From: Candidatus Bathyarchaeia archaeon
Lineage (GTDB): Archaea; Thermoproteota; Bathyarchaeia; Bathyarchaeales; Bathycorpusculaceae
Reading direction: 5' to 3'
Assembly: GCA_050012755.1 (NCBI GenBank)
Contig: JBEKGO010000008.1
Span: 1-62,626 of the forward strand
DNA length: 62,626 nucleotides
This document shows positions 47,155-57,211 of this stretch, piece after piece (position 1 is the first letter of the stretch; each line of letters starts with the position of its first letter). Both the position numbers and the translations under genes were made by a program. The notes below the pieces were generated by a model, which saw nothing but the letters and a program-made list of their open reading frames with translations, did no database searches and was not told the origin of the DNA.

Positions 47155-48096
47155 ATGAATGACATGGATGCTTGGGATGTCATAATAATTGGTGCTGGCT
47201 CAGCAGGTTTATCAGCGGGAATTTACGCAGTTCGAAGTGGACTCAAAACTTTGATTTTAGACGAAAAGCTCGCTGGCGGCACAATCGCTGACGCCTCATT
47301 AGTCGTGAACTATCCTGGGTTTACTGAGATTAGTGGCGGGGAACTTGCAGAAAAAATGGCGTCTCATTGCAGAAAGGTTGGCGTAGTCATACACGATTTG
47401 GAACCTGTTACTGAATTGGAGCTTATGAGTGAAAAGAAAATTGTTAAAACCTCAGGGTCAACCTATGAGGCAAAAGCAGTAATCTTTTCAACCGGTTCAC
47501 ATTACAGGGAGCTTGGTGCGAAAGGCGAAAAAGAATTCCGTGGTAAAGGCGTAAGTTATTGCGGTGTATGTGATGGACCATTTTTTAAGGGCAAACGTGC
47601 CCTTGTTGTTGGCGGGGGAAATACAGCTTGCACAACTACACTTTACCTTTCAGGTTTAGCTTCGGAGGTTATCGTAATCCATCGAAAGCAAGCGTTTAGA
47701 GCTGAAGAATCTTTAATCTCAGATATTTCAGCAAAAAACAATGTTAAAATCATGTGGAACACGGAAATTCAGGAAATTAAAGGCGACAAACAAGTCAAAG
47801 AAGTTACCTTAATCGATAACATGACAAATAAAACGTCTGAATTATCGGTTGACGCGGTTTTCGTGCAAGTCGGGGAAGCACCAAACAGTCAACTCGCCAA
47901 GGCTGCTGGGGTAGAAACCGATGAACATGGATACATCAAAGTTGACGCGACTCAGCAGACAAATCTTATGGGCGTGTTTGCTGCAGGTGACGTTACTAAT
48001 CAGCCGATTAAGCAGGTTGGAACAGCTGTTGGTCAAGGCATCACGGCAGCCCTTGAAGCCTACAGTTACATTAAACGACCTTATTACAGAAAATAG
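47155..48096 (+). CDS. trxB: Thioredoxin reductase
   Basis: GAGSAG, GVSYCGVCDG, VVGGGN, FAAGDVT. Confidence 0.93.
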   Translation: MNDMDAWDVIIIGAGSAGLSAGIYAVRSGLKTLILDEKLAGGTIADASLVVNYPGFTEISGGELAEKMASHCRKVGVVIHDLEPVTELELMSEKKIVKTSGSTYEAKAVIFSTGSHYRELGAKGEKEFRGKGVSYCGVCDGPFFKGKRALVVGGGNTACTTTLYLSGLASEVIVIHRKQAFRAEESLISDISAKNNVKIMWNTEIQEIKGDKQVKEVTLIDNMTNKTSELSVDAVFVQVGEAPNSQLAKAAGVETDEHGYIKVDATQQTNLMGVFAAGDVTNQPIKQVGTAVGQGITAALEAYSYIKRPYYRK

Positions 48097-48206
48097 AGAG
48101 AAACGATTATATCATTCTAAATCGCTTTTCATTTTTTCTATAGGCTTTAAGCTAGCATATTTGCTGTCAGTTTGAAGTAGTAGCGTGTATGAAAAGAGGT
48201 TTCAGA

Positions 48207-49430
48207 ATGAGTGAAAAATGTCTCGCTGTAGTAGAAATCGACCAAGACTTATGCAGTCGATGTTATGTATGCAAGTCAATCTGTCCATACGAAGCCATAA
48301 AAGCTGATTCAACTGGAAAAGTAGAAGTGAACAGTCAAGACTGCCAGGTCTGCGGTATATGCTACAGCGCTTGCCCATCTTCAGCCATAAAAACGCAATA
48401 TTACACTTACGATAATCTCTCAAACTATGTTAAAGAGGCACTTGCAAAAACCAAGAATGTGGAAACTCTTGTTTTAATGTGCCGAGGAAACTCACCTTCC
48501 ACAGGAGAAGTTCAAGACATCCTTAAAGAACAAGGATTAAAAGTTGGCAACTACATTGCCTTGCGGTTGCCATGTGCAGGCAGAGTCCCGACTGACTTTG
48601 TTTTTGAAGCACTCAATTCAGGCATAAAAAATATTGTCTCAGTTCAATGTGAAGACCCATTTTGCCGCTACAAAGAAGGCACAAAAATAAACACGCGAAG
48701 GCTTGTTTTAGCCAGAAATGTACTCAAACAGCTAGGCTATGACGAAAATGCGGTTAAAGTTGTAAAGTTTTCTCGCAAAGCACTCTACGACGTGCAAGCA
48801 TGTGTAGGATGCGACAAATGCATATTCATCTGCCCATACAAAGCAATCGAGTTTGAACCGTTCGCTACACCAAAAATAAACGAAGAGAAATGTGTCGGCT
48901 GCGGCGCTTGTCAACTGGTTTGTCCACACCACGCTATCCAAGTGAAAGGCTTCGAATTTGAAAATGTAGTAAACCGCTATGGTGATTCAATTGCAAAATT
49001 GAAATCCCAAAACAAGGGTCCGGCAGTTCTTGCATTTGTTTGTCAATGGTCAAACTTTTCAGCCTTAGATAATCCAAACAGCGCGTTTGCAGGCAAAAAC
49101 GTGTTGACTCTTGAAGTTCCATGCTTCAAATCCTTAGATCCTGTTCACGTTGTCAATGCGTTAAACTGCGGTTTTGACGGTGTAATGGCAGTGGTTTGCT
49201 CATCGCAGGATTGCAAGCTTCAAGAAGGCAGAGCAACTGCAGAACGGAACTTGAGCGTCATGTTGAACGTGCTCAAAAAGAAGGGTCTGCTTGACCGATT
49301 CGAACTCTACGAGGAGTCACCTCGATGTGCAGGCGACTTCAACGAGAAACTGGATGCTTTCTACAAGAAAATTTCAGCTTTACCAAAGAAAGAAGTAGCT
49401 GTGGAGGCGACTGCAAAACGTACAAAATAG
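48207..49430 (+). CDS. Fe-S protein with duplicated [2x4Fe-4S ferredoxin + MvhD/FlpD] modules
   Basis: Four CxxCxxCxxxCP motifs; LMC..LPCAGRV..QCEDPFC and FVCQWS..VPCF..GFDGV..VCSSQDC. Confidence 0.85.
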   Translation: MSEKCLAVVEIDQDLCSRCYVCKSICPYEAIKADSTGKVEVNSQDCQVCGICYSACPSSAIKTQYYTYDNLSNYVKEALAKTKNVETLVLMCRGNSPSTGEVQDILKEQGLKVGNYIALRLPCAGRVPTDFVFEALNSGIKNIVSVQCEDPFCRYKEGTKINTRRLVLARNVLKQLGYDENAVKVVKFSRKALYDVQACVGCDKCIFICPYKAIEFEPFATPKINEEKCVGCGACQLVCPHHAIQVKGFEFENVVNRYGDSIAKLKSQNKGPAVLAFVCQWSNFSALDNPNSAFAGKNVLTLEVPCFKSLDPVHVVNALNCGFDGVMAVVCSSQDCKLQEGRATAERNLSVMLNVLKKKGLLDRFELYEESPRCAGDFNEKLDAFYKKISALPKKEVAVEATAKRTK

Positions 49431-50263
49431 TAACCAAAAAAGAGCTCGTTCCAAAAATAAAATTGTTCGAAGTTGAAGCCCCAGACATAGCAGCCAAATC
49501 GCAAGCTGGACAATTCCTAATAGTCATAAACGGCAAAGAAGGCGAACGAATCCCATTAACAATCTGCGGATACGACACTGCTAAAGGAACAGTGTCGTTT
49601 GCTTTCCATGAAGTCGGCAAAACCACAAAATCTCTTGGCTTACTAAACCAAGGAGACTGCATCGATAACGTTACTGGTCCACTCGGTAATCCTTCTGAAG
49701 TTAAGAATTTTGGCAAGGTTCTCTGTGTCGGCGGAAGTGTAATGATTGCACCATTACTGTTGCAAGTTAAAGCTATGAAAGAAGCGGGCAACAAAGTTAC
49801 CACAATTCTTGGAGCAAGAACAAAAGAATTTATCATGATGGAAAATGAAGCTAAGGCTTTGAGCGACAAAGTTTACATTGCAACGGATGATGGTTCAAAA
49901 GGCTTCAAAGGCTTAGATTTTCTCAAAGACCTGCTTACGAAAGAAAAGTTTGACCGTTGTATAGTTATGGGTCCAGTAATTTTGATGAAGGATGTCAGTG
50001 CAATCACCAAACCATATTGCATTCCAACGATCGTGACTACAACGCCGATAATGATTGACGGCATGGGCATGTGTGGAGTCTGTCGAGTTACAGTTGACGG
50101 AAAAATGATGTTCGGCTGTGTGGATGGACCAGAATTTGACGGTCACAAAGTTGATTTTGACGGATTAATCTTGCGTCAACGCACAATGTTGCCTGAAGAA
50201 AGGTTAAGTTCAATATTGTGGGAAATGCGTGGAGGTTGTAAATGTGGCGGAAGCAAAGCCTAA
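49418..50263 (+). CDS. nfnA: NfnA/SudB small subunit of NADH-dependent ferredoxin:NADP oxidoreductase; probable ACG start
   Basis: (M)YKIVTKKEL, GQF, GERIPLT, GPLGNP, DGMGMCGVCRV, CVDGPEFDGH. Confidence 0.9.
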   Translation, partial: TYKIVTKKELVPKIKLFEVEAPDIAAKSQAGQFLIVINGKEGERIPLTICGYDTAKGTVSFAFHEVGKTTKSLGLLNQGDCIDNVTGPLGNPSEVKNFGKVLCVGGSVMIAPLLLQVKAMKEAGNKVTTILGARTKEFIMMENEAKALSDKVYIATDDGSKGFKGLDFLKDLLTKEKFDRCIVMGPVILMKDVSAITKPYCIPTIVTTTPIMIDGMGMCGVCRVTVDGKMMFGCVDGPEFDGHKVDFDGLILRQRTMLPEERLSSILWEMRGGCKCGGSKA

Positions 50264-51653
50264 ACCGAAATTAAATAAGAAAGCCGTTGAAATGGCTAAG
50301 CAAGAGCCTAAAGAACGCGTTAAAAACTTTAGCGAAGTTGCGTTAGGTTATAATGAAGCAGAAGCATTAGAAGAAGCAAGTCGATGCTTGCAATGTCCTA
50401 ATCCTCAATGCAAAACTGGGTGTCCAGTTGAGGTTCCTATTCCACAATTTATCAAATGCATCCGAGAAAAGAAGTACGCTGAAGGCATAGCGACAATAAA
50501 AGCCAAAAATGCATTGCCCGCCGTTTGTGGACGTGTTTGTCCTCAAGAAGTGCAGTGCCAAAGCAAATGCGTCATCGGCAAAATGGGTGAGCCCATCAGC
50601 ATCGGACGGTTAGAACGGTTCCTCGCAGATTGGGAACGTGACAACGGCTATGCACTTCCTCCTAAGGCACCAGCAACAGGCAAAAAAGTAGCAGTAGTCG
50701 GAGCTGGACCCGCTGGATTAACGGTTGCAGCCGATCTTGTTAAGCTTGGTCACGAAATAACAATGTTTGAAGCTCTACATGTAGGCGGCGGAGTACTTTC
50801 CTATGGTATTCCAGAGTTCCGTTTACCAAAAGCCATCGTGCAAAACGAAGTATCTTATATCCAGAAATTGGGTGTTGACCTGCGCCTTGGCAACCTTGTT
50901 GGACGCATTCACACTATTCCAGAATTAATGAAAAACGGTTATGACGCAGTGTTCATCGGCAGCGGTGCAGGTCTGCCGCAATTCACCGGTTGCCCAGGAG
51001 AAAACCTTGGCGGAATCTACTCAGCAAACGAATTCCTCATCCGCGTTAACCTCATGAAAGCATTCCAGTTCCCAGATTATGATACTCCAATACGCATAGG
51101 CAAACATGTAGTTGTCATCGGTGGCGGAAACGTTGCCATGGACTGCGCAAGAAGCAGCATGCGGCTCGGCTCTGATGTATGCTTACTCTACAGGCGTTCT
51201 CGTGCAGAGTTGCCAGCAAGGCATGAAGAAGTCGAGAATGCTGAAGAAGAAGGCTTAGTATGCAAGTTTCTCGGTGCACCAGTTGAGTTTTACGGTGACG
51301 AAAGTGGCTGGGTTAAAAGCATGAAATGCATCGCAATGGAACTCACAGAACCAGATGCAAAAGGCAGAAGAGGCGTGAGAGAAGTTCCAGGCTCAGAATT
51401 CACAATGGATGTTGATACAGTGATCATCGCCATCGGCCAAACTCCCAACCCCATCATACAGCGAACCACAGGCGGCTTACAAAGCGACCCAAGGCACGGA
51501 ACAATCTGCGTTAACGAAGTAGGAAAAACAAGCCTTGACGGAGTTTACGCAGGCGGAGACGTCGCAACAGGAGCAGCAACAGTCATCAGTGCAATGGGCG
51601 CAGGCAAACGCGCAGCAAAAGCAATGCACGAATACCTAACCAACAAAAAATAA
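50244..51653 (+). CDS. nfnB: NfnB/SudA (GltD-like) large subunit
   Basis: RCLQC..CKTGCP, CGRVCPQEVQC, GAGPAG, YGIPEFRLPK, GGGNVAMD, AGGDVATG; GGAGG before GTG at 50244. Confidence 0.93.
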   Translation: MAEAKPKPKLNKKAVEMAKQEPKERVKNFSEVALGYNEAEALEEASRCLQCPNPQCKTGCPVEVPIPQFIKCIREKKYAEGIATIKAKNALPAVCGRVCPQEVQCQSKCVIGKMGEPISIGRLERFLADWERDNGYALPPKAPATGKKVAVVGAGPAGLTVAADLVKLGHEITMFEALHVGGGVLSYGIPEFRLPKAIVQNEVSYIQKLGVDLRLGNLVGRIHTIPELMKNGYDAVFIGSGAGLPQFTGCPGENLGGIYSANEFLIRVNLMKAFQFPDYDTPIRIGKHVVVIGGGNVAMDCARSSMRLGSDVCLLYRRSRAELPARHEEVENAEEEGLVCKFLGAPVEFYGDESGWVKSMKCIAMELTEPDAKGRRGVREVPGSEFTMDVDTVIIAIGQTPNPIIQRTTGGLQSDPRHGTICVNEVGKTSLDGVYAGGDVATGAATVISAMGAGKRAAKAMHEYLTNKK

Positions 51654-51704
51654 ACTCGACTTCGTCTCTTTTTGAGACAGATGAAAAAGAGTTCGTTTAC
51701 CAGA

Positions 51705-52877
51705 TTACCCCACACACCATCCGAACCGTTTCACGTCGGCTGGCGAAATTTTTTCTTCAATCATCAAGTCGCGCAGGCACACGGGATCCGTTTCCAAAAA
51801 ATCCCCTGTACAGGCATATGCTCTACCACGGCATCCGCCACATGTTTCTCGATACTCGCAGCCGCCACATTTGCCTTTCAATGTGCTTCTTTGCCTGAGT
51901 ACGTTGAGGATTTTGGAGTTTTGCCAGATATCAATGAGGCTTTGTTTTCTAATATTCCCAACTGTTATGGGCAAGAAAGTGCAGGGGTAAACGTCGCCGT
52001 TTGGGCGCAGGCTAAAGTATAATGAGCCCGCGTGGCATCCGACCGCGTTGTGAACCCAGAACTCTTTAATCAGCAAATCTTTGGGTTTGCTGTCGTGCGC
52101 CTTGTGCATTTCCACAGCGATTTCTGGGTAAAGCGGTTCTCCGCCTGACATGGTGAACACCATTTCTGATTCTTCCTGCTTCGCTTGCAGGTACCGTATT
52201 AGGCTCACCCGCTGTTCGTCAGTCATTGCTTGGTCCATCATGTCTTTTCCTCGTCCCACAGGAACCAAATCGTAAACCGCCACCTCGTCAACGCCCAAGC
52301 TTTCCAAAAAATCGATGCGCTTAGGCATCTCGTCACGGGTATCCTTCAGCGCCATAGTGGTAACAATAACTTCTAGGTCCATATCGATGCAGGCTTTGAT
52401 TGCCTCTACCCCTTTTTTGAAGCTGCCGGGTACATTGCGGAGTTTGTCATGGGTTTCAGGGTAAACTGAATCAACAGGTATGCCGATTGCTTTAATGCCT
52501 GCATCCCGAAGTTCCAGAGCTACCTTATGGGTCATTAACATGCCGTTAGAAAGCATAGCTGTTATGATTCCTCTGTCGTCACAGTACTGAGCAAGCGTTG
52601 TAACAAACTCTTTCCGCAGCAGAGGTTCGCCGCCACTAAAAATCAAGGCTTCTGTTCCAAGCGCCTTCATCTCGTCAATGGCCTGCATTGCCTCTTTAAG
52701 GTTAAGCTCGTCTGGCATGGCGTCACGCGCTGAAACGTGACAGTGAAGGCAGCGTAAGTTGCAGGCTCTTGTTACGGCGTACGATACAATAAGAGGGGTG
52801 TTTAGGGGTCCTTCCAGACCTTTGCCTAACAGCTTTTGCCTAAGCATGAGTTCAAGCATTTTAAGCCCAGTTCCCAA
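51705..52877 (-). CDS. Radical SAM/SPASM enzyme (AhbC/AhbD/PqqE-like)
   Basis: CNLRCLHC, SGGEPL, GCHAG..GDVYPC, CGGCEYRETCGGCRGRA..DPVC. Confidence 0.9.
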   Translation of the reverse strand: MGTGLKMLELMLRQKLLGKGLEGPLNTPLIVSYAVTRACNLRCLHCHVSARDAMPDELNLKEAMQAIDEMKALGTEALIFSGGEPLLRKEFVTTLAQYCDDRGIITAMLSNGMLMTHKVALELRDAGIKAIGIPVDSVYPETHDKLRNVPGSFKKGVEAIKACIDMDLEVIVTTMALKDTRDEMPKRIDFLESLGVDEVAVYDLVPVGRGKDMMDQAMTDEQRVSLIRYLQAKQEESEMVFTMSGGEPLYPEIAVEMHKAHDSKPKDLLIKEFWVHNAVGCHAGSLYFSLRPNGDVYPCTFLPITVGNIRKQSLIDIWQNSKILNVLRQRSTLKGKCGGCEYRETCGGCRGRAYACTGDFLETDPVCLRDLMIEEKISPADVKRFGWCVG

Positions 52878-52913
52878 TGTTTACCCCTCCTTCCTGACTA
52901 AGCTTTGAAGCGT

Positions 52914-53849
52914 TTAGAGTTTAGGTCGGATAAGCCAGAGCTGGATCAATCTCCGTAGTAGCCATGCAACTGCAAAGACGACTGTGACAACGATTATTGC
53001 CATCATGATGTTTGGTCCAATGTCAAAGGCTGAGTCGGATATTTTCAGCGGCTCTAAGTCTGTGAGTGTTACGTCCTGGATGGTTGCTAGCCCGTCGTGC
53101 CCAATGTAGTATTCTGTCCCGTTAACAATGCTGCCCTGCGGGTTCTGAACGCCGTGAAGCACGTCAACTTGTTCCTCTGCACCGTTAACGTAGAGGTGCA
53201 TGCCTGTGGAGGTGCGGGTGAACTCGACTTGTACCCACTGGTTAAGCGGAACAGGCTGAGTCGTCACTATTTCGTTGAATCCTCCGCTGTCAGTTGACAC
53301 GAAACCGCTGAGCGCGCCTTCAACGTAGTTTTCGCTGCTAGCAGGCACTCCTGCTCTTATGGCTAACCCGAGGATTCTTTGGGTATTCTGCCAGGCAGCT
53401 GCTTGGTCAGGGTGATTAGCCTTAACCAAGATGTTGTTGTATGTGTCGTTTTTGTATCCTGGCACGTTAATCCACGCTGTGATGTCAACGTATTTTTGGA
53501 TGTCAAGGTTTGGCGACACTGGAATGTAGATTGGTTGAGGTGTTGGTGGAAAACCAACAATAAATTTTATGGGGATATAAACAAAGTTGGTTCCGTTGAA
53601 CTGCATGGCTTTGCCAAATTTGCCGTCTACCAGCGTAGGATTGTATGCTACAATGCCTGGGTTGACGCCTGTCTTATCAGGGGTTATTATATTGGAGCCG
53701 CTTGGTTGAACCTCGCTTAGTGGCCAGTTGCCTACTACGGTTCCGCTGCTTTGCGCCTTCACGCCCGTGAACAAGATTGGACTCAGTATAGTTGCTGCGA
53801 GTAAACATATCAAAAGGACCTCGACTTTTTTCGCACTCTTAATTCTCAT
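52914..53849 (-). CDS. Membrane-anchored LamG/concanavalin-like surface protein
   Basis: Signal peptide, GKFGKAMQFNG, ITAWIN, LNQWV, LYVNG, C-terminal TM. Confidence 0.8.
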   Translation of the reverse strand: MRIKSAKKVEVLLICLLAATILSPILFTGVKAQSSGTVVGNWPLSEVQPSGSNIITPDKTGVNPGIVAYNPTLVDGKFGKAMQFNGTNFVYIPIKFIVGFPPTPQPIYIPVSPNLDIQKYVDITAWINVPGYKNDTYNNILVKANHPDQAAAWQNTQRILGLAIRAGVPASSENYVEGALSGFVSTDSGGFNEIVTTQPVPLNQWVQVEFTRTSTGMHLYVNGAEEQVDVLHGVQNPQGSIVNGTEYYIGHDGLATIQDVTLTDLEPLKISDSAFDIGPNIMMAIIVVTVVFAVAWLLRRLIQLWLIRPKL

Positions 53850-54028
53850 CACTATCACCATATCATCAGGTAGGTAAGTACAGGAGGCATATAGCTCTCC
53901 CCGCGGAACAAGGTGTTCCTCAAAAAGAACACCGCCAGCCTTGAAATTCAACGCGAAAATTGCATGAAAAGATGCCATACAATAATATATCTTCAATGCG
54001 AATGAAACCTACTTGGAGCTCTAAACGC

Positions 54029-54745
54029 ATGCGGAAAATGAAGGGGTCAGGCAACTACCTGAGAAACCAAGTTAGAAAAAACTTGGCAAAAGCCGTAGGT
54101 TGTTTGCTGCTGTTTTTCTTAATCTTCTCTGCCATAAGCCTACAAGTCCTGTTTACCTTGAATTTGACCATTCTTGAAGTAATTGTATTTGCCATTTCTC
54201 TGGTGTCTTTAGCCGCATTTTGCTATTTTTTGCGGAAGTACCAAATTTACGGAGGCGGTTGGGAAGGAGAAAAACAAGTAATCAAACTCTTAGGCAGCAA
54301 ACTCAGTGACGATCACATACTGCTAAATGACCTGTACCTTCGAGGTGGCGGCGGCGACATCGACCATGTAGTCCTTGGACCTAACGGCATATTTGTTTTA
54401 GAGACAAAGAATTGGAATGGCACCATAACCTGCAACGGTGATTTATGGCAAAGAGAGGGTAAGCAGAACTTCAAGGGAAGTCCAAGTCGGCAGGTTAAGA
54501 GAAATGCCTCCACGATAAGGCACATAATTGATTCTTCGCAAACTTTTAGACCCCTTGATATTTTCGTTGAAGGCATCGTGGTCTTTACAAACAACCATGC
54601 AACTCTCCACCTGAACAATCCCACAGTTGCCATCGTCACGCTTCCTCAATTGCCCAACCAAATAACAAACTACAGAAGCTCAAGCAACTATTCCCAGCAG
54701 CAGCTGGAAGCTATAGGAAAAGAAATTTTAAAACAAAAACGTTGA
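54029..54745 (+). CDS. Membrane-anchored NERD-domain nuclease-related protein
   Basis: Two TM helices, GWEGE, DIDHVVLGPNGIFVLETKNWNG, SPSRQ; start uncertain (53960-54038). Confidence 0.85.
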   Translation: MRKMKGSGNYLRNQVRKNLAKAVGCLLLFFLIFSAISLQVLFTLNLTILEVIVFAISLVSLAAFCYFLRKYQIYGGGWEGEKQVIKLLGSKLSDDHILLNDLYLRGGGGDIDHVVLGPNGIFVLETKNWNGTITCNGDLWQREGKQNFKGSPSRQVKRNASTIRHIIDSSQTFRPLDIFVEGIVVFTNNHATLHLNNPTVAIVTLPQLPNQITNYRSSSNYSQQQLEAIGKEILKQKR

Positions 54746-54751
54746 AAAAAA

Positions 54752-55426
54752 TCAATTTTCAACTCTAATCCTTAGCCACGCTTTTCTTTTGACGAAAAGA
54801 ATAGCCGATATGCTAGTTATTAGTAGGGTACCCATTGTTAGGAAATTTGAAATAGTAAATGAGTTGTGGTCAATTGACGAGAGGGCAATGGTAGCGAAGA
54901 CGTAAAAAGTAATTAGACCTGAAATTAGTTGAGTCACATGGATTATTTTTCTTATTTGATAAGCTTTTGATTTTACTTTGTTGAGTGCAGATTCAATATG
55001 TTTTGAAACGTCTGGAAGGTCATCTAAAAATAAGGTTAACCCAGTTAAAAAGAAAAATCGTCCTGCATTGACCGCTACGTTTGCAGAATTCACTATAAAG
55101 AGCTTGTCTAATGGGACTGATGTGAATGTTACTATGAAAATTGCGGCCAATAGTAAAACGAAAAGGCCGTAAACGTAATGGTGAAACCACAATCGTCCGG
55201 TGTGCAGGCATCTTCCTATGCTTGCGCTTGGAAAAATGTTGACGAGTGCTGCCATAGCTGCTAACAGAAAGAGGTTTCCATTGACGAGGTATGGGGAATA
55301 TGCCCTCCAAGCATGGAAGTAGAAACCATATAAAATTCCAGCTATGGAAGCTAAAGTGATGAAGGAATTAAGCATCAACGTTAAACTGAAAGTTTTTTTA
55401 ATTAGTACCCAAACGGTGCCAGCCAT
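54752..55426 (-). CDS. Hypothetical multi-TM membrane protein
   Basis: About six TM helices, HHYVYG, FLDDLPD. Confidence 0.75.
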   Translation of the reverse strand: MAGTVWVLIKKTFSLTLMLNSFITLASIAGILYGFYFHAWRAYSPYLVNGNLFLLAAMAALVNIFPSASIGRCLHTGRLWFHHYVYGLFVLLLAAIFIVTFTSVPLDKLFIVNSANVAVNAGRFFFLTGLTLFLDDLPDVSKHIESALNKVKSKAYQIRKIIHVTQLISGLITFYVFATIALSSIDHNSFTISNFLTMGTLLITSISAILFVKRKAWLRIRVEN

Positions 55427-55579
55427 ATCTCAAACCCTAGAAACTGCCTTTTACTTCCCATTTAACGTAACTTTGCAAAATCTCTCATTTAAAATTAACG
55501 CATGTTTAGGACAAGAATAATGACGTAAAGCTTACATGTAGGGACTTCAGAAACAAAAATAACTGGGATAGGAGTTTCC

Positions 55580-57124
55580 TTATCTATCTAGCATAAATGT
55601 TTTTTCATGTGCAAGTTTCTCAGGAACCTGATCCAAAATCATCTTTTCCGCAGGCTTCTTAGTCAACGCAATAGGCGACAATTGTTTTGCAAGCTCAAGC
55701 GCCGAAGCCAACTTACTGCTTCTCTCCGCATATATTTCGAAAAGGACGCTGTCTTTATGCACAGTATCCCCCAGCTTCGAATGCAAGACTAAACCTGCGC
55801 CTTTCTCTTTTGGTGCTCCAGCCTCACGTGCTATCCGCACAATATCTTCAGTGCTTAGCCATATGACCTTGCCGGCATGTTCAGACCTCACTTCAGTCAT
55901 TTCGGGGCCGACAGGCAAATCGTCAGGTTTAATGGCTGAATTTCCGCCTTGTGCTGCGATGATTTCTCGCATTTTTGCTTCAGCTTTGCCTGAATCGAGC
56001 ATTTCTTCTGCTTTAGCTTGACCATTTTCAGTTCCAACCATTTCAAAAAGCATGCCTGCAAGGCTAACTGCTTTGTCTCGCAGATCAGGAGGGCCACCGC
56101 CCATAAGAGTTGTTAACGCTTCAGCGGCTTCAAGGGCAGGTCCGATGCTGCAGCCCAAAGGTTGGTCACCGAAAGTCAACGCGCACTGGATGCTTAAGCC
56201 TAACCGCTTGCCCAAATCAACGAAGTCTGATGCTAAGGTGTATGCTTCAGTTCGTGTCTTAATTTTAGCTCCCATGCCCGTTGGAATGTCGATTGCTACG
56301 TGCGTGGCTCCTATGGCTTTTTTCTTACTTAGAATCGATGGTAGAAGCATGGGGTCAATTCCCAAGGGGTACTCAACTTGAATGAAAAGGTCATCGGCTG
56401 GCGCAAGCTCCAAAGAGCCGCCCCAAACCAGGCATCCATTGGTTTTTGCAACAACATCCTTAATCTCTTCAATGGCCAAGTTCACAGGACAAAGCGTTTC
56501 CACCCTATCAGCGGTTCCAGCTGGAGAAGTGATGGCTCGGGAAGAGGTTTTTGGTATGGTGAATCCTGCTGCAGCTACAATGGGTACAACAAGCATTGAA
56601 GTTTTGTCGCCAGGTATACCGCCCACACTGTGTTTGTCTAAGATAGGTCCTTCGCCGAAACTGAGTGTTTTTCCCGTTGCAACCATAGCTCTTGACAGAG
56701 CCTCATTCTCAGCAGTGCTTAAACCATGAATGCTGAGCGCCGTTAGGAAAGCAGCTATTTCAACCGAGCTCAGATGCCGCTCAACAACATCATTAACAAT
56801 AGTCAACATGTCCTTATCCCGAAGTCGCTCGCCACGCAGCTTAGCACGAACATTAAATAATGATTCGGGAAGCGGAGCCAACTGCACATCGACAGTTTCA
56901 TCCTCCTTAACCCCAAGTGCCAAAGCAGTTTCGTCATAGAGCCCAATGCGGTTTTCGGGAAAATGTGCTGCAATATTTGCAATCGCAATCATCCGCTGAT
57001 TCCGAGATGTTATTCGTATTCTATCTGAACTGTGCACTCCCAAAAGGCTGGCGCTTTCTTCACTTAATATGGCGATTCTGCTTCCGCCAGTAGTAATCAT
57101 TAGGATTTCAACGTTAAGTCGCAT
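55580..57124 (-). CDS. AMP phosphorylase
   Basis: DKHSVGGIPGDKT, PKTSSRAITSPAGTAD, LAPADD, IDIPTGMGAK, AGAPKEKGAG. Confidence 0.95.
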   Translation of the reverse strand: MRLNVEILMITTGGSRIAILSEESASLLGVHSSDRIRITSRNQRMIAIANIAAHFPENRIGLYDETALALGVKEDETVDVQLAPLPESLFNVRAKLRGERLRDKDMLTIVNDVVERHLSSVEIAAFLTALSIHGLSTAENEALSRAMVATGKTLSFGEGPILDKHSVGGIPGDKTSMLVVPIVAAAGFTIPKTSSRAITSPAGTADRVETLCPVNLAIEEIKDVVAKTNGCLVWGGSLELAPADDLFIQVEYPLGIDPMLLPSILSKKKAIGATHVAIDIPTGMGAKIKTRTEAYTLASDFVDLGKRLGLSIQCALTFGDQPLGCSIGPALEAAEALTTLMGGGPPDLRDKAVSLAGMLFEMVGTENGQAKAEEMLDSGKAEAKMREIIAAQGGNSAIKPDDLPVGPEMTEVRSEHAGKVIWLSTEDIVRIAREAGAPKEKGAGLVLHSKLGDTVHKDSVLFEIYAERSSKLASALELAKQLSPIALTKKPAEKMILDQVPEKLAHEKTFMLDR

Positions 57125-57211
57125 CCAAGATCACGTCAATAATTGATTAGTTGCAGGAATAGTTAAAGATTTTAAGCAAAAACCAGTACCAATATCACTG
57201 GATGAACTGCT

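Noticed and set aside
49325-49417. Track N-terminal extension MCRRLQRETGCF of nfnA
   Set aside because: Overlaps the upstream gene by more than 100 bp and does not resemble NfnA
53850-53996. N-terminal extension of the LamG ORF, and hairpin GGTGTTC-N8-GAACACC as a riboswitch
   Set aside because: The signal peptide starts near 53849; a single hairpin matches no RNA family I recognise
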